Part shown: one piece after another, positions 51,874-61,892 of the stretch
Position numbering within the stretch: the stretch's first letter is position 1
Layout of the letters: the number at the start of each line of letters is the position of its first letter
Assembly (NCBI GenBank): GCA_965246715.1
Contig: CBDFFH010000055.1
Coordinates: forward strand, 64,001 to 128,000
Direction of reading: 5' to 3'
DNA length: 64,000 nucleotides
Origin: Chamaesiphon sp.
GTDB taxonomy: Bacteria > Cyanobacteriota > Cyanobacteriia > Cyanobacteriales > Chamaesiphonaceae
Made by a program: the position numbers and the translations under genes
Notes under the pieces: generated by a model
What the model was told of the DNA's origin: nothing
Databases searched by the model: none
Seen by the model: only the letters and a program-made list of their open reading frames with translations

Positions 51874-54105
51874 TTAACATACCCCATCACCAAAACTTCC
51901 AGCGGTTGGTTGCGGTAAAGTTACAAAAAACGTACTACCTTGTCCCCACTCGCTTTCTACCCAAATCCGACCTTGATGTTGCTCGACGATCGATTTACAA
52001 ATTGCCAGCCCCAAGCCAGTACCGCCTTTATCGCGGGAATCAGAAGCATCGACTTGTTGAAAGCGATTGAAAATAGTCGCTAGTTTATCGGCGGGAATTC
52101 CGCGTCCGCGATCGACGATCGCAAAGCAGATTTGATGGTTACAGATCGTCTCACTATGGTACGGCTCATCACCCACACGGAAGTGCAGATCTTTATAGAC
52201 GAGGGGTTCCTCGATGACTTCTGCGGAGATCGAGACGATGTTGCCTGGGTGTGAAAATTTGATGGCATTGCTGAGCAGATTGGTAAATGTTTGGATCAGC
52301 CGATCTGGTGCCGCCCAGATTTTGACCGACGGACAATCCATCATGAGCGCTACTCCAGCAGATTGGGCGCTATTGTTCATGACTTCGATCGCGCGCTGGA
52401 CTAGATCCTTAGCATTACACCATTCTGGCTCTAGCGAATTTGGATCTGTCTCCAATTTATCCAGGTCGAGGATATCATTGACCATGCGCACTAGCCGTTC
52501 GGTTTCGATCGCGGCAATCTGAATCATCTGCTTCATTTGCTCTGGCTCGTCATCCATTAAACCCATTGCCAATAAACCTAACGAGCCACGCATCGAAGTC
52601 AGCGGCGTTCGTAGCTCGTGGCTGACAATGCCGATAAATTCATCTTTAAGTTTTTCCATCCGCTGCCGTTGTTCCAACTCGGCATTGAGTAATTGGAGCG
52701 TCATCTCTGTTTGTTTGCGTTGGGTTAACTCCAACTGTGATTGGGTCAGCAGATCGGCTTGTTGAATGGCAATACTGACTTGACTGGCGAGCTGCTGGAC
52801 GAGATCGATTTCGGTAGCTTGCCAGGAATGTGGCTCCGAACAGTGATGTGCGATCGTCAATCCCCACAATTCTTCGCCGATAACGATCGGTACCACCATA
52901 TTTGCCCGGACTTGTAAACTTTCGAGGAGTTGTAAGTGCCACTTATCGATACCCACAGCATAAATGTCAGATTTTACGGTCGCAAACCCTTGCTGAAAGT
53001 GTTCGAGATAATTGCTAATGCAAGTGTCCTCGATTTTCTTGCCTAGGAGCGAAATCCAGTCCCCGCCCACTGACTCCACGATCACCGTACCGCTCCAGTC
53101 AGGATCGAATTTATACACGACGACTCGATCTGTTTGGAGGAATTGGCGCACTTCATCGACAGTCGTTTGGAGGATCTCGTATAAATCCAGCGATCTCCGG
53201 ATGCGCTGGGTCAGATCCATCACCAAGCGCTGTTGCTCCAGTCGATTTTGTAACATTGCTTGGGCTTGCTGGCGCTCGTCGATATTCACAACTGTGCCGA
53301 TCGTCCGCAGTGCTTGTCCGTCCTCAGCAAAATAAGCCTCGCCACGCGTTTCGATCCAATGGATGCTCCCATCGGGCCAGATAATCCGGAATTGATGACA
53401 GAGTATTTCTCGATCTTCGATCGTTTGGATGACACAACGATGAACTGTCTCCCGATCGTCGGGATGAAGACAGCGATCGAATGTTTCGTAGCTGCCATCA
53501 AAACTCCCAACAGCCAAGCCAAATAACTCCTCATGCTCTTGGTTCCAGGCGATCTTGCCCGTGACTAAATCCCAGTCCCAAATGCCCATCTGTGCGGATG
53601 CTAAGGCTAGTCGCAACTGTTCTTCCTGCCGATGCAAAACTTTCATCTGCCGATCGTTTTGACTCTTAAGATCTTTGAGTTGCCGCAGCAGTTCCCCCTG
53701 CTTGATCGCGTTGTGGAGGGACAGGCGTAAATTTTCGGTGGTGAGTTCTGATTTGTTGAGATACTGCTGCGCGCCATATTCGATCGCTTGGGTTGCCAGT
53801 GTCTCACTTTCGTATGCTGTCATCAAGACAACTGGGAGATCGGGTTTTTTGATCTGTTGCTGCAATATTTGCAAAAATTCCAAGCCATTCATGTCTGGCA
53901 GCAGATAGTCCAGCAGAATCGCATCAGGTTGGGCGAGCCGATATTGTTTCAACCCTTCGGCACCCGTCTCAGTCTCCAGAATCGTGTAGGTATACCGATC
54001 GTCGCGATCGAGATAGCGGCGGAGCTGTTCGCGATACGTTCGCGAATCTTCAACGATTAAAATTGTTTTGGAGCGATAGGTGGCCTCGACTTTTGGTTCG
54101 CTCAT
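51874..54105 (-). CDS. Hybrid histidine kinase REC-PAS-GAF-HisKA-HATPase
   Basis: REC (LLDYLLP), PAS (GIWDWD, HPDD), phytochrome-type GAF (DRVVVYKF), SHELRTPL, NLLSNAIKF, DRGRG, GTGLGL. Confidence 0.92.
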   Translation of the reverse strand: MSEPKVEATYRSKTILIVEDSRTYREQLRRYLDRDDRYTYTILETETGAEGLKQYRLAQPDAILLDYLLPDMNGLEFLQILQQQIKKPDLPVVLMTAYESETLATQAIEYGAQQYLNKSELTTENLRLSLHNAIKQGELLRQLKDLKSQNDRQMKVLHRQEEQLRLALASAQMGIWDWDLVTGKIAWNQEHEELFGLAVGSFDGSYETFDRCLHPDDRETVHRCVIQTIEDREILCHQFRIIWPDGSIHWIETRGEAYFAEDGQALRTIGTVVNIDERQQAQAMLQNRLEQQRLVMDLTQRIRRSLDLYEILQTTVDEVRQFLQTDRVVVYKFDPDWSGTVIVESVGGDWISLLGKKIEDTCISNYLEHFQQGFATVKSDIYAVGIDKWHLQLLESLQVRANMVVPIVIGEELWGLTIAHHCSEPHSWQATEIDLVQQLASQVSIAIQQADLLTQSQLELTQRKQTEMTLQLLNAELEQRQRMEKLKDEFIGIVSHELRTPLTSMRGSLGLLAMGLMDDEPEQMKQMIQIAAIETERLVRMVNDILDLDKLETDPNSLEPEWCNAKDLVQRAIEVMNNSAQSAGVALMMDCPSVKIWAAPDRLIQTFTNLLSNAIKFSHPGNIVSISAEVIEEPLVYKDLHFRVGDEPYHSETICNHQICFAIVDRGRGIPADKLATIFNRFQQVDASDSRDKGGTGLGLAICKSIVEQHQGRIWVESEWGQGSTFFVTLPQPTAGSFGDGVC

Positions 54106-55646
54106 AGGTCGATTGCCGACTGCTCGATCTTACTTAAATATTGTTGCCGTAGTTGTCTTGGTTCTAACTGATTGAGCACGCGAGCGATTAATTCTGGTTC
54201 TAAGATGGGCTTGTGAATATAGTCATCTCCCCCGGCGGCAAATGCTTGAAGGATGCTCGTCGGTGATGATGCGGCCGTAATAAATAAAATTGGCAAATTA
54301 CCCCAGTGCGGGTCATTGCGGACGGCTTGACACAGTTCGATCCCACTACACTCTGGCATTTCGATATCTAAAATTAGTAAATCGGGAGTCGTCTGTTTTA
54401 ATTGTTCCCAAAAATTACCCCGATCGATTACAGGGATTACCTGCAATCCCCACGGCGATAGTACTACATCCAATCGATACAAGATCGCCGGATCGTCATC
54501 GATCGCCAGAATCTTCGCGCTTAAAGGAGGTAATAACGAGCCAGGCGAGCGCGATCCATCGCTGGTAGTTAGCTCTTCAACTCGGACGGTAGCTTGGTTA
54601 CCAAAGACGGGTTCGCGAGTGATTTCTTGTTGTAGCTCGGTTACTAATCGGGCCATCCGGTACAAATCTGTAGCTGTTAATTCCAGCTTGAGATTTAATA
54701 AATCTTCAATCTGGCGGGCTAGTACCGAACCATGCGGAAATCCATATACACCTAACGAGCCGACTAATTTATGTGCCACTTGCCTGGCGGCAGCTACTGC
54801 GGCAGCATCGATCGCACCGTCACTCGCCGTCCGAGCAGTAGCAGCGAGCAGATCGATCTGTTCGGTAAAAGAATCTCGAAACTGCATCCATAGATCCAGC
54901 ATGATGCTATCGCCTACTTCAGTTTCAGACTCAGTGGCAGTGGCATTCTCGGCTGTGCTAGTGAAGATCTCCAATCGCCGCAGCCGATAACCAAACCCGT
55001 AGACCGTCTCGATCGGATCTTCTGTCGCTCCCGCCGCTTTTAACTTCTGCCGGATCGATTTGATATGACTGTTGATGACACTTTCTGTCGGTGCTGTCTC
55101 TAGTTCCCACAGTCTACCGAGCAGTGCCGAACGACTAAAAATCCGCTGGGGGTTCGACAAGAGTAACTCCAAAATACCGTATTCTTTGGGGGTTAAGTGC
55201 AAAACGCGATCGGCATAACAGACTTCGGCGTTCTCATAATTAAGTTGTAACCCTTCCCAAGTGATGATTCCCTTGGTCGGGATAGTTCTTCCCCGTCGCA
55301 GGAGCGCTCGAATCCTCGCGCATAGTTCTGAGATATTAACTGGCTTGACTGCATAGTCATCGGCACCAGCATCCAAACCGACAATTCGATCGGCGAGCGC
55401 CTCCTTGGCAGTTAATAATAAAATCGGGGTCTCACATCCCTCCAGGCGCAGTTGTCTGCACAGACTAATCCCATCTAATTCGGGGAGATCGATATCCAAC
55501 ACGATCGTATCGTAGGTAAATTCTATGGCTAAATCTAACGCCGATCGACCGTCGCCAGTCACCTCAACCTGATAATGCCGAGCGGTCAATACACCCGCTA
55601 GCATCCTCTGAGTTGCGAGATCGTCTTCTACCAATAAAATTTTCAT
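54102..55646 (-). CDS. Multi-domain response regulator REC-wHTH-Hpt-REC (RcaC-like)
   Basis: MKILLVEDD, OmpR wHTH (LTPKEY, IETVYGFGY), Hpt (AHKLVGSLG), second REC (ILDIEMP); 4-bp overlap with the kinase. Confidence 0.9.
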   Translation of the reverse strand: MKILLVEDDLATQRMLAGVLTARHYQVEVTGDGRSALDLAIEFTYDTIVLDIDLPELDGISLCRQLRLEGCETPILLLTAKEALADRIVGLDAGADDYAVKPVNISELCARIRALLRRGRTIPTKGIITWEGLQLNYENAEVCYADRVLHLTPKEYGILELLLSNPQRIFSRSALLGRLWELETAPTESVINSHIKSIRQKLKAAGATEDPIETVYGFGYRLRRLEIFTSTAENATATESETEVGDSIMLDLWMQFRDSFTEQIDLLAATARTASDGAIDAAAVAAARQVAHKLVGSLGVYGFPHGSVLARQIEDLLNLKLELTATDLYRMARLVTELQQEITREPVFGNQATVRVEELTTSDGSRSPGSLLPPLSAKILAIDDDPAILYRLDVVLSPWGLQVIPVIDRGNFWEQLKQTTPDLLILDIEMPECSGIELCQAVRNDPHWGNLPILFITAASSPTSILQAFAAGGDDYIHKPILEPELIARVLNQLEPRQLRQQYLSKIEQSAIDL

Positions 55647-55875
55647 CACACCCAGCTGGAAAATTCTCACTATAATCCAAGGCGCGACGATCGTGTTGGG
55701 TTTTCAATCTTCGGTTGAGTATCAATAAAACCATCGCCAATAGCTAGACTTGTGTCAAACCACATAAACAGCGAAAGGAACGAAAATCGATCGATTCTCG
55801 TTCCTCAATGTGCGATCGAAAATCTGGTGCTTCAATGCCAGCGCGATATTTAATGTGGGATCTTCTGATTCGTCC

Positions 55876-57072
55876 CTAATTCTTGGGTACGTTCTTTTCT
55901 GTAAATCTCAGCAGATCTTCTGGGTCGTTTTTATCGATCCGGTTGGGGAGAGGTTGGCGGGAAGGTTGGAGACTTTGGAGCATCTCGGCAATTTGGAGAT
56001 TTTCCAAGGATAAATGTTTGGCTTCGCGGAGTTTGTGCCAGACCGATCTAGACATCAATAAGCTATGCTTGACTCGCTGAGCGCCGATCTGTTGGAAATA
56101 TTCTTCCCGTTCGGGTTGATAGTCGGCAGATACTAACTGTAACGGCAGCTGTGGGAGATCCTGGCACGATCTTGCCAGTTGCGCCATCAGCTCGGGGTAG
56201 AGCCAAGTATAAGCTGGATGAACTGTCAGCTCGGCTTTGTGAGGGCTATGATTGGCAGTTTCAGTTGATCGAGCATCATAATTTAACGATAGTCGGTAAT
56301 AACCGATTGCGGCTTTGCGTTGAGTTTCAAAGACATAGTTACTGACAGATTGCGTTTGTTGCAGTAACGATCGGACTTTGCCGACTAAAGTTTGAAAGAA
56401 GTTGGTTTTGAAGTCGTGGATTTGCCGATCGAATACTTGTCGCAATAACGGCGGCATGGAGACTGTATCTAATTGATAGATCAGTTGAGCATCCATGTTT
56501 CTGACGGGGAGTAAATTGGGCAGATCTGGTTCTCGCTGTGCCAACTCTTTGAGGAGTTCGGGGGCGATTTCCCAATAAGTCATATGAGCGAGGGGTTGAA
56601 ACCCATTTTGACGATAGAGCGCTAGCGTGTCGCGATCGTTGACATCTACTTCTAGCACCCAAGTGCTGGCTTCGACGATATGCTCGAAACAATAACGTAA
56701 CAATTGCGAGCCGATCTCATTTTTCCCCGTCACTTGTTCTGGGGTAGTAGCTTGACTATCGATCGAAACCCATTCTACATGCCAAGTACTGCGGGTACGA
56801 TTGAATGGCGATACGCCAATGGCCCCACGTACTTGCTGGTCGTATTCAGCGACTAGGAGCGAGCGATCGGAGAGATTGGGCGTGGGAATAATATTTAGAA
56901 ATTGAAACGGTGCGTACCACCGGGTCATTTGCTTGAGTAACTGCTCGATCCGCTCTTGGACGGCAGGATCGGCAATTGTTGTTTGTTGACATAAGGTAGC
57001 GATCGCGTCAATATCTCGATATTGCAGCGGACGAACGATCGTTTGAGATTTAGATCTATTATTCGCAGCCAT
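55876..57072 (-). CDS. GNAT-family N-acetyltransferase (cyanobacterial)
   Basis: SPFNRTRSTW, IGSQLLRYCFE, ALYRQNGFQPLA, LMSRSVWHKLRE. Confidence 0.82.
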   Translation of the reverse strand: MAANNRSKSQTIVRPLQYRDIDAIATLCQQTTIADPAVQERIEQLLKQMTRWYAPFQFLNIIPTPNLSDRSLLVAEYDQQVRGAIGVSPFNRTRSTWHVEWVSIDSQATTPEQVTGKNEIGSQLLRYCFEHIVEASTWVLEVDVNDRDTLALYRQNGFQPLAHMTYWEIAPELLKELAQREPDLPNLLPVRNMDAQLIYQLDTVSMPPLLRQVFDRQIHDFKTNFFQTLVGKVRSLLQQTQSVSNYVFETQRKAAIGYYRLSLNYDARSTETANHSPHKAELTVHPAYTWLYPELMAQLARSCQDLPQLPLQLVSADYQPEREEYFQQIGAQRVKHSLLMSRSVWHKLREAKHLSLENLQIAEMLQSLQPSRQPLPNRIDKNDPEDLLRFTEKNVPKN

Positions 57073-57260
57073 TGTATATCCCTTGTCAACCTAGAGGTTA
57101 TTATTACTATAACATCTCCAACTAGCTCGATCGGTAAATAAGTGCGGATGTGAGAATTTTTCGATGCGTAGCCAGCTGTGAGTGCAGGTTTTCCCCTTTG
57201 CAGGGAGTGTGAGCGAGCAAAGTTGGGAATGCTAGGTTCTAACGGATAGAATCGCAATGG

Positions 57261-58706
57261 TTATTTTTTGGAGAGAACAGCGTTGATGCCGTTAATTGCG
57301 GTTGTCAAACCTTCTCCAGCTTTAGCTTTGTCAGGCGTTGGTGCTGACATTGCAGTTTTGACCATTTCGATGCCACTAACGATCGCGGGATAGCTAGCTC
57401 CAGCTTTAGCCTTAACGATCGGCTCGACAGTAGTCCACAAAGAGCTAACTTTAGCAAATTGAGTTTTTGCCTTAGCTACGTCTCCACCTTTGATGGCGGT
57501 ATTTGCCATGACTAAGGCAGTTTTAACCGGAGTCAATTGGGTTTTTTCGGCTGCGGAGAGAGATTTATCAGATCCACCACCAAAAGTGGTAGTAGATGCA
57601 GTTTCATAAGTAGCTAAAGGCTGGACATTGACAGGTGATGTACTAGTATCTGGCAATGACAAGTTCCTACCATATTGAATGATTGCTAAAATTAAGGCTC
57701 CTACTACCCCGCTTCCCAGCCACCACTTAAGAGGATATTGTCGATTTAACTGTGTTGGCGAGGATTTTACCGAGCTTTTGTTAGATAACTTGGTAGTTTT
57801 GGCTGTTTGTGCAGATCTAACATTTCCAGTGTTTAGCTTAAAAGTTGGCTGTTGAACTTTGGGTGCGGTATTTACAGAGATTAGTGACTCGATCGCATTG
57901 AGAGTCTCAGTTGCATTAGTATACCGTTGGCGAGAATCCGGCTCTATCATTTTCTCCAGCACATCAGCAACTCCCCGATTTACTTGACACAAATGCTGCC
58001 ATTTCAGCTTGAGACTATCTTCATCGAACAACGGATAAGGATGAGATCCCGTTAAACACTGAATCGCGATCGCGCCGACAGCGTAAATATCGCTGGCAGG
58101 TTTAGGAAAACCCATTCCCTGTTCGTTGGGCATATATCCTGGCGTACCAATGCCAATGGTTTGACTGATGACTGTTATCGGCGTTGTCGCACTCGCAGCA
58201 CGGACTTGCTTTACCGCTCCAAAATCGATGAGGACTAACTTGCGATCGCTCTTGCGCCTAATAATATTATCCGGTTTGAGATCTCGGTGGATGACACCTC
58301 GACCGTAACAGTGAATAGCATTCAATCCGGTGAGAATTTCTTGGATGATGCTCAGAGTTGCCGATACAGAGAGTTTGTTCCCTCCCAACTCTTCCGTCAG
58401 AACAGTTCCATCGATAAATTCTTGTACCAGATAAAATTCTTTATCCAACTCGAAGTAGGCATACAGAGAAGGAATACGATCGTTATCTTTGCCCAACTTT
58501 TCGAGGATTTCGGCCTCTTGCTTAAACAGGCGTTGGGCAATTTGTAGTGTTGCGGGATCGTTACTTAATGGTTTAAGAAGCTTGACTACTACCTGTGGCT
58601 GGCTGGGTAAATGGGTATCTGTAGCGATAAAGGTCTGCCCAAATCCACCTGCGGCTAGTTCTTTCTCAATGCGATAGCGTTGATTCAATAAGTGCCCAAG
58701 CTGCAT
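57261..58706 (-). CDS. Membrane Ser/Thr protein kinase with C-terminal helical domain shared with the neighbouring lipoprotein
   Basis: GGFG, VVK, HRDLKPDN, DFG, GTPGYMPNEQ; TM WWLGSGVVGALILAII; C-terminal ~105-aa domain. Confidence 0.9.
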   Translation of the reverse strand: MQLGHLLNQRYRIEKELAAGGFGQTFIATDTHLPSQPQVVVKLLKPLSNDPATLQIAQRLFKQEAEILEKLGKDNDRIPSLYAYFELDKEFYLVQEFIDGTVLTEELGGNKLSVSATLSIIQEILTGLNAIHCYGRGVIHRDLKPDNIIRRKSDRKLVLIDFGAVKQVRAASATTPITVISQTIGIGTPGYMPNEQGMGFPKPASDIYAVGAIAIQCLTGSHPYPLFDEDSLKLKWQHLCQVNRGVADVLEKMIEPDSRQRYTNATETLNAIESLISVNTAPKVQQPTFKLNTGNVRSAQTAKTTKLSNKSSVKSSPTQLNRQYPLKWWLGSGVVGALILAIIQYGRNLSLPDTSTSPVNVQPLATYETASTTTFGGGSDKSLSAAEKTQLTPVKTALVMANTAIKGGDVAKAKTQFAKVSSLWTTVEPIVKAKAGASYPAIVSGIEMVKTAMSAPTPDKAKAGEGLTTAINGINAVLSKK

Positions 58707-58895
58707 AGTTTAGTGAGGATCTGGATTGAAAGTAGTATAAGCTTGAAATTATCATAATTTTAATCAACTGCTCGTATCATTTCAAAACTACCTTTCATTT
58801 GCATGGTTTTCAGGTTTTCCCACTTGCGTGGAGTGTGAGGAGGCAAGCGTGAGAACTATCAAAACTAACGCTTAAGAGTTAGGAATTTTAAGATC

Positions 58896-59399
58896 CTATT
58901 TTAAGATTTTGTTCATACCAGCGATTGCGGCAGTCAAGCCTTCCTTCGCCTTATCTTGGTCAGGAGTAGCAGCACCCATCGCTGTTTTAACCATTTCGAT
59001 GCCACTCGCGATCGCGGGATAGCTAGCACCAGCTTTAGATTTAACTATTGGTTGCACGGTCGGCCACAAAGTGCTAACTTTAGCAAATTGAGTTTTCGCC
59101 TTAGCTACTTCGCCACGGTTAATTGCAGTACTGGCCATTACTAGTGCAGCTTTGACTGGTGTCAATTGGGCTTTTTCGGGAGCAGAGAGTGGTTTGTCAG
59201 ATCCACCAGCAGCTGGAGCGGTCGATGCGCTAGTTGCTGGAGCGGTCGATGCACCAGTTGTGGGAGTGGTAGTCTCAGTTTTAGTAGTCTCAGTGGTAGT
59301 TTCAGCTTTGTCTTTCTTACCGCAACTAGAGATAGTTAAGGCAGTAGTCAGACACAATGCCGTTACTAAGCTGGCAGTTTTGAGCGTAGTTAATTTCAT
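58896..59399 (-). CDS. Lipoprotein with Thr/Ala-rich linker and helical domain
   Basis: Signal with lipobox-like ISSC; T/A-rich linker; domain 79/102 identical to the kinase C-terminus. Confidence 0.8.
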   Translation of the reverse strand: MKLTTLKTASLVTALCLTTALTISSCGKKDKAETTTETTKTETTTPTTGASTAPATSASTAPAAGGSDKPLSAPEKAQLTPVKAALVMASTAINRGEVAKAKTQFAKVSTLWPTVQPIVKSKAGASYPAIASGIEMVKTAMGAATPDQDKAKEGLTAAIAGMNKILK

Positions 59400-59621
59400 A
59401 GGTATGTAGACGTTTGATTGGACTTATAGTTAACACTATTCTTTACATGATAGCGTGGAAGTAGTGGGTAGTAGCTAGTGACGATCGGTTGTAGGCGTTC
59501 CGCTCGTAAAAAACGTAACAAGATCGGGGATAGTGAATGTTGACTGGTAGAAAATTAATGTAAATTTTCTCTAGCTGCTAACCCCTCACACAGGCGCTTG
59601 CGCCCCTGTTTACCGAATATT

Positions 59622-61013
59622 ATGGATCGACCACAAACTTGGAGCGATCGCTTTGAAGGTACCCTCCATCCAGCGATCGCCAAATTTAATGCTAGTATCG
59701 GTTTCGATATCGAACTCATCGAGTATGACATTTCCGGATCGGTAGCTCATGCGCGAATGCTGGCGCGTGCAGGCATTATTAGCGCCCCAGAGGGCGATAG
59801 TCTAGTCGCTGGGTTAGAACAAATCCGTCAGGAATATCGATCGGGTAATTTTCAGCCTGGTGTCGATGCTGAGGATATTCACTTTGCTGTCGAACGGCGC
59901 TTGACGGAAATTGTCGGCGATGTCGGTAAAAAGATCCACACCGCTCGTTCGCGCAACGATCAAGTCGGTACTGATACTAGATTGTACCTGCGCGATCGCA
60001 TTCATCAGATCCAAGCGCAATTAGGTGATTTTCAGCAAGTTTTAGTTACCCTAGCCGCAGCAAATGTGGATACGCTGATTCCTGGCTATACGCACCTCCA
60101 GCGCGCGCAACCGCTAAGTTTGGCTCACCACCTCCTCGCCTATTTTGAGATGGCTCAGCGGGACTGGGAGCGCCTGAGCGATGTCTATAAACGGACGAAT
60201 ATCTCACCGTTGGGTTGCGGTGCGCTAGCGGGAACGACATTTCCGATCGATCGCGCGTATTCGGCAGAGTTACTAGGGTTCGATAAGATCTATGCCAATA
60301 GTCTCGATGGTGTGAGCGATCGCGATTTTGCGATCGAGTTTCTGGGCGCAGCGAGTCTGACGATGGTGCATCTGAGTCGCTTGGCGGAAGAGGTGATTAT
60401 TTGGGCATCGGAGGAGTTTCGATTTGTCAGCTTGACCGATCGGTGTGCGACGGGTTCGAGTATCATGCCCCAAAAGAAAAATCCTGATGTCCCCGAATTG
60501 GTGCGTGGTAAAACCGGACGCGTCTTCGGGCATCTCCAAGCGATGCTGGTACTGATGAAGGGTTTACCCTTAGCCTACAACAAGGATTTGCAGGAAGATA
60601 AAGAAGCTTTATTCGATGCTGTCAATACAGTCCAAGCTTGTCTCGAAGCGATGACGATCTTGATGAGTGAAGGGATTGAATTTCGGCCAGCACGGTTGGC
60701 TGAAGCGGTCGCGTCAGATTTTGCCAATGCCACTGACGTAGCGGATTATCTCGCAACTAAAGGCGTACCCTTCCGCGAGGCATACAATCTAGTTGGTAAA
60801 GTAGTCAAAACCTGCTTGAGTCAACATAAACTCCTCAAGGATCTCAGCCTGGCAGAGTGGCAAGCACTACATCCAGCATTTGCCGAGGATATCTATGCAG
60901 CGATCGATCCCAGACAGGTAGTAGCAGCGCGCAATAGTGCGGGGGGGACTGGATTCGATCGCGTCCAGCAGGCACTCGATGTCGCTCGGCAGATCCTGCG
61001 CGAACGCGGGTGA
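59622..61013 (+). CDS. argH: Argininosuccinate lyase
   Basis: [42 protein letters not shown]. Confidence 0.97.
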   Translation: MDRPQTWSDRFEGTLHPAIAKFNASIGFDIELIEYDISGSVAHARMLARAGIISAPEGDSLVAGLEQIRQEYRSGNFQPGVDAEDIHFAVERRLTEIVGDVGKKIHTARSRNDQVGTDTRLYLRDRIHQIQAQLGDFQQVLVTLAAANVDTLIPGYTHLQRAQPLSLAHHLLAYFEMAQRDWERLSDVYKRTNISPLGCGALAGTTFPIDRAYSAELLGFDKIYANSLDGVSDRDFAIEFLGAASLTMVHLSRLAEEVIIWASEEFRFVSLTDRCATGSSIMPQKKNPDVPELVRGKTGRVFGHLQAMLVLMKGLPLAYNKDLQEDKEALFDAVNTVQACLEAMTILMSEGIEFRPARLAEAVASDFANATDVADYLATKGVPFREAYNLVGKVVKTCLSQHKLLKDLSLAEWQALHPAFAEDIYAAIDPRQVVAARNSAGGTGFDRVQQALDVARQILRERG

Positions 61014-61186
61014 ATTTAGCTTGGAGGCTAGTAGCCAACGGTGGTGGGGATCTGGACTCATCACCTCGCAGCGCGAGTGGGTTGTCACAAGAAGAGCTGG
61101 TTGCTAATCTCAACCCCCGCCGCTCGAATGGTAGCAGACATACATCTGCCACGAATCCGAACCGATTGTCGCTAGCTGTGGACGGT

Positions 61187-61360
61187 TTAGCTAGCTGCTG
61201 CGGAGGTATCTTCGTTATCTTCCTCAGCCGAAGTACCGCTAGATTGAGGGCGGAATCTCGATTTGAACATCCGACCGCCAGTGGGGCGTTTTCTAAACTT
61301 ACGAGCGTATGCTTGATTACGCTCCGCCTTTTCCTTCTTCAGGTTGCGGCGTTTTGCCAT
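61187..61360 (-). CDS. Small basic protein (57 aa), not in the ORF track
   Basis: MAKRRNLKKEKAERNQAYARKFRKRPTGGRMFKSRFRPQSSGTSAEEDNEDTSAAAS*; AGAGG upstream; resembles a conserved cyanobacterial small protein. Confidence 0.75.
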   Translation of the reverse strand: MAKRRNLKKEKAERNQAYARKFRKRPTGGRMFKSRFRPQSSGTSAEEDNEDTSAAAS

Positions 61361-61548
61361 ATTTGCCTCTGTAAAAATAAACGATAATTAACAGCCACCA
61401 ACTCACTAAGAAGTTGGATCTGTTGTGGCCGCGCTAGAAATCCTTAGCTGTCTTGGAAAAAAGATCGAGTCTAACTATCGGAGATTAACCCGATCGGACG
61501 TAGCTGTAGCAAACTCTATCATACGCGATCTCGTCCCAAAAATACTAC

Positions 61549-61621
61549 TAACCCAAGTTGCTACCTGCTTGAATGCCAACGATTTCTAACCGCTTTGCTT
61601 GATAGATAGCAACTTGAGTTA
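61549..61621. mobile_element. Short copy of the same MITE-like family
   Basis: TAACCCAAGTTGCTACCTG ... TAGATAGCAACTTGAGTTA (16/19); shares internal TTTCTAACCGCT with the 51194 copy. Confidence 0.65.
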
Positions 61622-61892
61622 CTACCCAGTCCATCGATCGAAATCGCTGGGTTAGAACGATTGCTGGAGCCAGACTGCACTCGATCGGTACGACGAAAAG
61701 ATAATCTCGATCGCGATGGCTTCACGACCCGAATTTTTATATTACAGTGATATATATCACCGCTCGATTGGTTTAGCCGATGCTCTGCCAGTGCTGCATG
61801 ACTAGCCCAACGCCCCAATCTAGCCAAAATTGTCGTCAGTTGGACAGTTGTAAGTCCTAAATTTCGCATCGCGGCACTAGTTATATAGTTAT

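Noticed and set aside
61010..61387. 125-aa plus-strand ORF after argH
   Set aside because: Antisense to the better-supported 57-aa basic protein.
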